In this document: positions 54,801 through 64,000 of the stretch, piece after piece
How the letters are laid out: every line of letters starts with the position of its first letter
Numbering within the stretch: the first letter of the stretch is position 1
Program-made: the position numbers and the translations under genes
DNA from: Cyanophora paradoxa CCMP329
Lineage: Eukaryota > Plantae > Glaucophyta
NCBI GenBank assembly: GCA_004431415.1
Contig: QPMI01000595.1
Span: 1-64,000, forward strand
Reading direction: 5' to 3'
DNA: 64,000 nt
Notes under the pieces: model-generated
Seen by the model: only the letters and a program-made list of their open reading frames with translations
Database searches by the model: none
Told to the model about the DNA's origin: nothing

Positions 54801-55103
54801 TACAAAAATGAGATGCCAGGTTCTGCTATATTGGAGTATGTAGGTCTGAGAGCCAAAGTTTACAGTTTCAGAACAGCTGAGATTGAGAGAAGTAAGCTAT
54901 CTGGGACTTCCACTGAGGAACTCCAATTCAATGATTTTAAGGAGTGTTTATTTGCAGGTATCAGCAAGACTGTGACTGCAAAGCAGAAGAGAAGGGCAGA
55001 TCACACAATAATAGATACTGTGAGTAGAAGGGTTGCCCTAAACTGCTTTGATGCAAAGAGATACATCTTACCAGATGGTATTAATTCTGTTCCTTTTAAT
55101 TAA
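51859..55103 (+). CDS. polB: Protein-primed family B DNA polymerase (frameshift at ~53145)
   Basis: LFDANNLYG, KLMNNSIYGK and FHDTDSF motifs; colinear with 1902-5183. Confidence 0.92.
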
Positions 55104-55106
55104 GAG

Positions 55107-56491
55107 ATGCCAGCAACTGGAAGAATAGTTAGGAGAACCACTGAGCAACTGCAAGGTAACCTACTGCCTATCACAGTTCCAAAGGAGGAAAAGGGGGAAT
55201 CTCGAATTGTTAAAAGTCTGAAATGAAAGAGCTTGTCCCAGTAGAGATCCCAGTTGCTATTGCAGTGAAAGAAACTAGCAAGATTGCCAAGAGATTCTAT
55301 GATGTGAGAACTGGTTACAAAGGGCTTCAAGCTATGAGGGCTGAGTTACCAGATGAATCCTACAAGCAGTTGCAAGAGTTCTATAAAAAGCAAGAGGTAG
55401 TTCAGATCAATGCACCTGCTATATCTAGAAAGAGAGATCCCATGGTTCCAATAAGGCAACCCCTTGATACCTATGTGATTGATTTGCTCTTTTTCCCAGC
55501 TTATAAGAAACAAAACAATGGCTATGATACATTTATGACTGCAATGGAATCAACACTGAGAACTGGATATATCATACCTATAAGGGATAAATCAGCTCTC
55601 ACTACATTAGCTGCATTTAAACAGCTTGAGATGAGAGTAGCAAGACCCATAGTAAAGGTTCAATCAGATGCTGGGAGTGAATTCCAAAATCGAATATTCC
55701 AGGAGTATTTATCTAGTAAATACATAGAACACCAAGTGAGTGGAACTGCTGACCACAGAAGCCAAGGTCGAATTGAAGCCTTTAACAAGCAGATTAAGAG
55801 ACTGATCACAAACTACTGCATAGCTAATAACACAGCTAGATTTTTTGATGTGTTAGGTGATATTGAGTATAATTACAATAATACAGTTCACTCAGCTACT
55901 AAGATGAAGCCAGGCGAAACTACAGAGGAGCATTATAGGTATATAGTGGGATTAGAAGATGAGAGATTCAAGAAATCAATAGCTTATCTTGATACCATGC
56001 AACCTGGCATGTTTGTTAGAGTGAAAGTTGAGAAGAACCCCTTTGCTAAACAGGGTAACAATTGGTCTAGGATGGTTTACACTGTTGATAGTAGGGAAGG
56101 CTTTAAATTTAAGCTAAGGAGTCCCACTGGTGAGATCATAGATAACAGGTTTGCTTTCCATGAGTTGTTGCCTGTGAATGCAGTTGAGTATCTGGAAACC
56201 CCTACAGTAGATGCCTTAGAGCAAGCCAAAGAAGAAGCCAGGGTTGATGCTGCTATAAGGAGAGAAGGCATAGAAGCTGCTAATGAAGTCCCAGATAAGC
56301 CTTTGATAGAGGCTAGGAAGGAGAAGGCTGGGAAAGTTAATAGGGAACTCAAAAAGCTCACCATAGCAGGCACACAGAAACTTTCAGAAGTGAATAGCCA
56401 GAGATGGTATAGTGACTTTCAGACTACTAAGGAGTCATATACAGCCCCTAAACCTCAAAGAACACTAAGAGAGAGGACCAAAACTAGCTAG
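55107..56491 (+). CDS. rve DDE integrase (frameshift near 55215)
   Basis: YVIDLLFF, VQSDAGSEF, QGRIEAFN; N-terminal MPATGRIVR...LLPITVP matches element 1. Confidence 0.92.
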
Positions 56492-57258
56492 TTTGCTAGC
56501 CGAAAACTCGTTTTTTCCAAATATATGTATGACTGATATACATATATACATATATGCATATGATATACACATTGTCTTGTAGATCTTTTCAAGCGCTTCA
56601 CAGCGATATGCAGAACGTTGCGATTTGATAATCTGGTGATGAGATACAAGCGTTTGAAGATGCCGATTATCGATTTTTCGAGATTTCGGAATGATGCATC
56701 ATAATGATGTAATAATGATGTATCATAAACACATAACATATATATATCGCCGTGATCGTCATGATCTCCCGAGTTCGATGGTGTGTCATATATATCATAT
56801 ACATATGCATCGTCATTATGACATCATTTCGTAACATAACACGTCCGTCATCGTCTTTTTTCCGCAGCGAACAGATAAGTGAACAGTTAACGAGACAACT
56901 ATTGTAATAGTGTACTGCAACAACAATTGAAAACAAGATATGCGGGAAAGCTATTGAAAGACAATGAAGCAAATTGCGAACAATTAAGTGAACAGTTAAG
57001 TGGACACCTGTTGGGAGTAGGCAGTGTCTACTCGTTTATCGTGAAACGGTGTCCACTTAACTGTTCATTTAACTGTTGACGAAAACCCATGCATTATGAC
57101 ATCATATCATTAAACCACATACAAAACACTAAAATGCATGTATCTCTTCACCAACTCATCATGTGACAAAACCAAAAACAGATTCGGAATCCTCTTAACG
57201 AGGCCTGCCTGACGATGTAAGTATCATAGGCTCAATAATTCATATGTTTATAAGCATC

Positions 57259-58138
57259 TCCCCTTGATTCCCCCTATTATATAATATTTATATTAAAGTG
57301 GACTCAAGGTTGACTCATATTAATCGTAAAAGTAGTAAAAGTATATGGATTTTGTTACGAATTCAATGCAAGGGTTGACTAAGTGGGTTGAGTTGACTCA
57401 AATTTCACAGGAAATAACAATGAATCAGAGTATAAATGCATTTTTTGAATCAACTACACCAACTAACACTGAGATTTTAACAATATATGAGGTCCTTACT
57501 GAATATGGTATGTGTCACAGGTGTCACAGGTCTATCCCAGCTCAAGCCCTATAAAGAGTGATTTTCCCTTTCGATGGGATGGACCTGTGACACCTGTGAC
57601 ACCCAATTATTCATTAAATTCTTAAGGGTCCCCCCTTAGACTCATTAAAACATGAGAAAAACATATCAATTTCATGTATAATTACGATTGGATTCAATAA
57701 AAGATCTATTTGTTTTATTAAACAAATGAATCTTATATGGATCTTAATCGAGTTAAGCGATATATTTCCGATTAAATGAATTAAATTTAATTAAATTTAA
57801 TCGAGAAAGTACATGAATATAATATCGATTAAATCAATTAACAAAAAGACCAATCACACATAGTAAAATGCGGAGTTTTAACCAGAGGCAAGATCTAATT
57901 GAGATTCAGTTATATTATTCGGAATTTTATACAGATTATCGATTAACTCAGTAAGACTAATCGGAAAATAAGAGAAATTTACGATAAAATATCGAAAAGA
58001 ATACAAAATAATCGAAATAAATGAATATTCGATAAGATATACACAGATTATCGATTGATTGAAATAGAATATACGAGATATATCAACAAAATCAATTAAG
58101 ATAAGCCGAGGGTTAAAACTCCGCATTTTACTATGTGT
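57259..58138 (-). repeat. Right terminal inverted repeat (880 bp)
   Basis: Reverse complement of 29515-30394; ends ...CTATGTGT. Confidence 0.95.
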
Positions 58139-58144
58139 CCCGCC
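58139..58144 (+). repeat. Target-site duplication, right (CCCGCC)
   Basis: Identical to 29509-29514. Confidence 0.92.
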
Positions 58145-58182
58145 CCTAAGTGCGCCCCTGACCATCCCCCCCTCTCGCGCAG

Positions 58183-60928
58183 TTCACGAAAGACGACTTC
58201 ACGCTAATCTCGACGGGCGGCGCCGACCTGTGCGTGATGCAGTGGAAGCACACATGGACGGGTATGCCACGGGACGAGGAGGAGGAGGACACAGAGATGC
58301 GCGTCAACTACAACACGGAGATGCAGAGCGGTGCCGACGACTTTGCAATTGGCATCGATGAGGGCAAGGACGAGCAGTTCGGCGCCGTCAAGCCGTGGGT
58401 CGGCACCATCAACGCCCTTGTACCGGATAGCTTCATGCCCGACCCGAAGCTGAAGCAGCCGCCGACCGACGAGCTGACGCTCGAATTTGTGCACGGGTAC
58501 CGCGCACACGACGCCCGCCACAACCTCTTCTATCTCGGCCCGAAGGACGACGGGAACGCGAGCGAGATCGTGTACCACGCCGCGGCACTCGGCATCGTGT
58601 ATGACAAGGGAACGCACACGCAGAAGTTCTTCCAGGGGCACGACAACAACATTCTCTCGCTGGCCCTGCACCCCGACGGCCACACAATCGCGACGGGCCA
58701 GGTCGGCAGGAAGGCGCCAATCAACATCTGGGACGCGCGGATCCCCGAGAAGCCGATCGCGACGCTCCAGGGCCACCAGCGGGGCGTGCCGTGCCTCTCC
58801 TTCAGTCGCGACGGGGCTCATCTCGTGTCGGTCGGCCTGGACGACAACCACATGGTCATCGTGTGGGACTGGAAGGCCAAGAAGAAGCTGGGCGAGAACA
58901 AGGGCGGGCCCGACCGCGTCTTCAACGTCGACTGCAGCCCGCACGCCGACGGCGAGTTCATCACGACTGGCGCCAAGCACATCAAGTTCTGGAGCGGAGG
59001 GCCCGCCAGGCCTGCCGGCAAGCTCGGCTCGGTCAAGGGCAAGGGCATGACCGACCAGAAGGCCTACCACGCCGTCGCCTGGCTTGACGCCTGTGCGCCG
59101 ATCCCTCTCGCCTGCCGTGCGCGCGCCCTGACTGACCGATCGTGACCGCCCACGGCCGTCCATGCGCCGCAGCGACGGTGGTGGCGGGCACGACGGACGG
59201 CGCGCTGTACAAGTTCGTGGGCGGCACGGCCACAGAGGCGATCCCCGCGCACGAGGGCCCCGTCTTCGCCCTGCACGTCACGCCCGATGGCTCCAAGGTC
59301 TGATTTCCGTGAATTTCGGCCGCCGCGTTTAGCTTCAATCGCTGAAAAAAGGGCGCGCAGCTGCTCTCGGGTGGCAAGGACGGCGCGATCTGCGTCTTCG
59401 CAACGCAGGACCTGGGCTCGGGCTCGACCCCTGCGAAGCGCATCGACCTGAACAAGCAGCTCTCGTCCGACCCGACGGCCTCCGTCACGGCGCTGGCCCC
59501 CGCACTGCGGGCACTCAGCGTGAAGGGCAACAAGTGCTTGGCGGGCCTCATGAGCTCGACAATCGTCGAGGTGGACATCCGCTCGGGCTCCGTCTCGACG
59601 CTTCTCGCGGCGCACGGCGCCTCAGGTACCCGCATGGGTAAGGCCGCCGACTACCAGGGCGAGATCTGGGGCCTTGGCATCGTGCGCCCGCCTTTCCCTC
59701 CCGGCCCACTCCTGTCCCGTCCGCATCAGACAGGCCTCCGGATCCGCCGGCGCCGCGCAGCACCCGAGCAAGAACGAATACGTCACGTGCTCGGACGATT
59801 GCCTGCTCCGGTTCTGGGACGTGGCGAGCCGCAAGTGCACCAAGGCGATAAGGCTAGAGGCGCCAGGCCGCTCGGCGTGCTTCTCGCCGGACGGCGCCCA
59901 CGTTGCCGTCGGGCTTTACACGGGCGATCTGGAGGTCTTCGACGCGCGGCGGGGCGAGCGGATTTGCAAGCGGCCGACGGGCGCCGGCAAGATCGCCAAG
60001 GAGGAGCTGGGCGAGCTAAAATACAGCCCGGACGGCAAGTACCTTGCCGTCGGCTCGAGTGACAACGGCATCTACGTCTTCTCCGTCGTCAAGGACTACA
60101 AGCTCGCCGGGCGCTGCAAGGGCCACTCGTCGTACGTGCGGCACCTCGACTGGAATGAGGGCAGCACGGCCATCCAGAGCGACTGCGGCGCCTACGAGCT
60201 GCTCTTCTGGTCCATCCCTCCTGCAAGCAGAACTCGAAAGCCAGTTCCTTCAAGAACGAGAAGTGGGCCACGCAATCCTGCGTCATCGGCTGGCCCGTCC
60301 AGGGTGCGCCACGCCGCATCTCCCGTCCCCCTCCTCCCCCCCCCCCCCCCCCCCCCCCCCCCTTCGAATCCCCCCCTAGGCCTCCCTCCCCCCTTCCCCC
60401 CGAGAAGTCCGAGCTCACCCGAAGCCGTATGCAGGCGTCTTCGAGCCCGGGATGGACGGGCTCGACGTCAAGTCCGTTGACCGCTCGAACAACGGGAAGC
60501 TGCTCGCCATCGGCACCAACTTCCGCTATGTGGCTCTGGCGCAGTACCCCTGCCTCACCGACGACGTGCGCCCGTTCAGACGCGCTCGCCTCGGAGTCAA
60601 CGGCGCTGATGGCGCCTCACAGAGCCAGCGGAAAAAGTACAAGGGCCACTCGGAACACGTGACGAACGTGCGCTGGACGCCGCGGGACGATTACCTCATC
60701 TCGACCGGCGGCGCCGACCTCTGCGTCATGCAGTGGAGTCGGCTAAAGGGTGACCGCACCTCTTCGCAATTGGATGCCGAGTCTCAGCGGGCTACTTCGC
60801 AAATCGGTTTTTCCGGATCCGGACCCGGTACCGGTGCTGCAAATCGGGTCTTAAGCTTTGAAAGTGAGCTCCAGCCCATTCAGTCTTTCTCAAAGGCCGC
60901 ATTTGAATTCGACGGCCCGCAGCCATAG
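58183..60928 (+). CDS. Host calpain-EML gene, 3' part: end of first HELP/WD40 unit and a second complete unit (EML5/EML6-like)
   Basis: After the AG at 58181-58182 it reads FTKDDFTLISTGGADLCVMQW, completing HSEHVTNVK; second LTLEFVHGYRAHDAR; CKGHSSYVRHLDW; GHSEHVTNVRW. Confidence 0.88.
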
Positions 60929-60956
60929 ACGACAGCTGGATCTCCACTGAGGCAGG

Positions 60957-62650
60957 CTGAGCCTGGCGAACGAGGGGCGGACGGAGTGGCCAACGGCGAA
61001 GATCGCGGCGGCGGGCCCCGAGAACATTAGAGTGCTCGACCTCAGCAGAAACCAGCTCACGAGCATCCCGGGGGCGGAGCTCGCCAAGCTGACGAACCTG
61101 GAGGTGCTGCGGTTGGACAACAACAAGTTGACGGCGCTGCCGCCCGAGATCGGCCGCCTCGCGACGTTGAAGGAGCTGTACGTGCGCGACAACCAGCTGA
61201 CGGTGCTGCCGCGGAGATCGGCCGCCTCGCCGCCCTGGAGGCGCTGAGCGTGATCGACAACAAGCTGGCGGCGCTGCCGCCGGAGATCGGCCGCCTCGCC
61301 GCCCTGAAGGAGCTGGGCGTGAGCGGCAACCAGCTGACAGCGCTGCCGCCGGAGATTGGCTGCCTCGCGGCATTGAAGAAGCTGGACGTGGGCGGCAATC
61401 AGCTTACAGCGCTGCCACCGGAGATAGGGCAACTGACGAATCTGCAGGAGATGGATGTGAGCAGTAACCAGCTGACGACGCTGCCGCGGAGGCTGGGCGC
61501 CTCGCCGCCCTGCAGTGGCTGAACGTGGGCAGCAACCAGCTAGAACAGTTGCCGTCGGGAATATGGGAGCTCGCACAACTGCAAAGCTGTACGCGAACGG
61601 CAACCAACTGAAGGCGCTGCCACCGGAGATTGGGCGCCTGAAGCGTTTGCAACAGCTGTGCGTGGATTTCAACCAGCTGAACGCGTTGCCGCCGGAGATC
61701 GGGCACCTCGCGGCCCTGCGGGAGTTGAGCGTGAGCAACAATGAGCTAATAACGCTGCCTCCGGAGATGGGGCGCCTCGAGAACCTGGAGCAGCTGTATC
61801 TGAAGGCCAACCCCCTCACGGCCATGCCCCAGCACACTCGGGAATCTGGGCCCTCCGCCCTCGCGCACCTTCGCGCCCTCGCCCTCGCTGTTGACGTCGC
61901 GCCGAGCTCGAGCTCTTCTGCACCTCAGCACCCTATCCCGCAACAGACATCTGCAAACGAAAAGGAGTGGGACTGCTTTGTGAGGTGCGCGGCTGCCAGT
62001 TCTTTCGAATTCCCAAAAGTTACTCGCAATCGTGCCCTGACACGTACCTGTACATATATATGAATGTACATGTACATTACAGTTACGCTCACGTTGATTC
62101 GGAGCGCGTGATGCGCTTTGTTGATCGTATTTCCAAAGAAGGCTTTTCCGTCTGGTGCGTAGCCCATGGCCAATATTAATTGCAATATCTGTATATAGAC
62201 GTTAACAGTTTCCTGACTATCGCATAGGACCGATCTGATGCTTCTACCGGGACGCAACTGGGCCAAAGTACGATCTGCCCTCGCGATCGCTCCTACGAAT
62301 TTTATCCATCCCTCACGATCACACGTTTGCCGCCAGGACATTGCCATTGCAATTGCTCGGAGCCGCACCTTCCTCCTATTCATCTCTCCCGCGTACCTCG
62401 CATCCGTGAATTGTATGGACGAGCTCGAGGTAAATCATTGCTCTTCGAATTCCAAATCTATATATATATATAGTTTGGATCATTCCAATCATTGCAAAGT
62501 TTGGATATATATATGCATATGCATGCACCTCTCTTCGAATTCTGACGCGCATGCACGTGCAGTACGCGCACCAAGTTGTTCGTCCTCGCCCTGCAAAATA
62601 CCCATCTGGCTCTGCCCGGAAAAATCCGTGAAGGTTGAAGAAGACATGAG
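60957..62650 (+). CDS. Host LRR-TIR protein (multi-exon; frameshifts in the LRR region; ends uncertain)
   Basis: About 12 23-aa NQLTALPPEIGRL repeats, then WDCFV|SYAHVD...EGFSVW, IARSRTFLLFISPAYLASVNCMDELE (TIR_2-like). Confidence 0.75.
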
Positions 62651-64000
62651 CATGTACGTATTTGTATATATATAAAATATAATATACACATGATCTCTAC
62701 CTTAATATAAATGTTGCCACCATCTGATCGATATCGCGATCGACATTCGCAGGATGCTGGTTCGAGCCAACTGGGCGCGTCCCTTCTTCTTCACCCCAGC
62801 TATAAAAATCTCCTCCTGTCTTCTCGCTGACTGCGCCTCTTCTATAATCGCAGGTGACACAGCAGGTTGAGCAGAGGCGATTGACTTCCTCATCCGCGGT
62901 CTCCGGAAGAACCTCCGTGGCTTGTAACATGAAGGCTTACGACTCGCGATCACAAGGCTTTCACTCTCGTAGTTCTCCCGGGTCCCGTTTTCGCTCTCGT
63001 GGTTCTCCCGTTTTGTTTGAGTTTCTGAGCTAGTGGGGAATCAATGAATTCGAAGATTGGCGAACCCCACGGGCCCTTGAAAAGGTGACTAGAACCTCTT
63101 CGGATCAAGGCTCCTGAACTATCCCAGAGACCCACAATGAAATAACAAAGCACCAACCTCGGGCTTCCAAGAGCAGCGAACTGCCCGTCCAGTTATGGCC
63201 GTGCTTCCCAACCAAGCCAGGGAAGTCGGCCGCAAAGGGCGGAGTCTTGTTATTGACAGAAGATCCCTTGGAGTCTGACATTTTGAGCCTAAAAACGCGG
63301 GTTTTGATCAGCACCAAGATTCACAAGAATCAGGGGAAGGGATCGTAGGAATCAGACTCAGGGCACCAGATGACGTGAAGTGCCTCAGGTGGTGAACGCG
63401 TCGACACCGAGCTCGCTGCAGCTTTGCAGCGATCCGGTGCGCTCCTTAAAGTGAGCCGAGCTGCGAAATCTGCCGGTTTAAGATTTGGCCCAATCATCCG
63501 ACCGGGGTACACCCTTCAATTACCCGTCGCCCGAAAAAGACGTCCGGCGACCAATCACCACGCTGGGTTTCAGCAATGGTCACGCACTGATTCCGATCCT
63601 AGTGAGGCTGCAGCTGCAGCTGCAGCTGCGACCGGCAGCTGCTGCAGAGGCTGCCACGTGCAAGACCTGGCACTGCGGTCAGCCGCCGCAGTGCGCGTAG
63701 ACCGGCGCTGCCCGGTAGTACTCGACGACTACCTGCTGGCCATGTAGCTCGATGCTGATAGATACGCCGTTACCCTCGATGCCGTTATCAATCTCGAGAC
63801 TCGAGGATCGGAGTCTGCACCAGCTTCAAGCCGACTCGAGCTTATCAGGCTCGTAAAGATAATTGCGTCTATTTGTTTTTTTTGGTGAATTACGGCCACA
63901 GTCTCTAGACACCAGCACTGCGGGGGCTGCCCAGTCTAGCTTCTTGAGCTAGTTAGCTATATTAGTGCACGCATAGTATTCCGATTCTCTGTGCCACGTT

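Larger units (their letters stand above)
29515..58138. mobile_element. Complete endogenous Polinton-like virus, element 2 (28,624 bp)
   Basis: 880-bp TIRs, 6-bp TSD, sharp GC drop; pPolB, rve integrase, ATPase, MCP, pentons and D5. Confidence 0.95.

Noticed and set aside
57000-57060. Hammerhead ribozyme
   Set aside because: GAAA and stems are present, but the CUGANGA core is missing on both strands.
29515-58138. Calling the element a canonical virophage or animal Maverick
   Set aside because: No maturation protease recognised, termini are AC...GT rather than AG...CT, and the MCP cannot be assigned to a family without a profile search.
60330-60400. Poly(C) tract read as a polyproline coding segment
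   Set aside because: It falls within an intron (GTGCGC at ~60305 to CAG at ~60434).
62700-63800. Short ORFs near the window end
   Set aside because: No recognisable motifs or consistent exon structure; left unannotated.

Overview
Eukaryotic (protist-type) genomic DNA. GC-rich host sequence with many short introns is interrupted by AT-rich endogenous Polinton-like viruses (PLV/Maverick-type). (1) A complete 28,624-bp element (29515-58138) has 880-bp terminal inverted repeats and a 6-bp target-site duplication (CCCGCC). It sits inside a ~78-nt intron of a host calpain-EML (HELP/WD40) fusion gene. It encodes pPolB, rve integrase, Prim-Pol/D5 helicase, A32-type packaging ATPase, major capsid, two penton-like proteins, a 2451-aa fibre, patatin-discoidin and a SAM-decarboxylase-like enzyme. 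(2) A related, rearranged element fills the start of the window. Its probable right end is at 20413, and it carries extra C1q-headed fibre genes. (3) That element appears to be inserted into the 5' end of the capsid gene of a third, more divergent virus remnant (20414-~22100). The most striking unexplained structure is a fold-back terminus shared by both elements: a perfect 28-bp stem ACACATA...CC / GG...TATGTGT with a purine-rich AGAG...CGAG loop. It occurs together with proofreading-degenerate pPolBs and TGTGAC iteron boxes found both next to the D5 gene and near the ends. An LRR-TIR host gene follows. Many frameshifts map to homopolymer runs and are probably read errors. All calls are from motif recognition only; no database searches were run.
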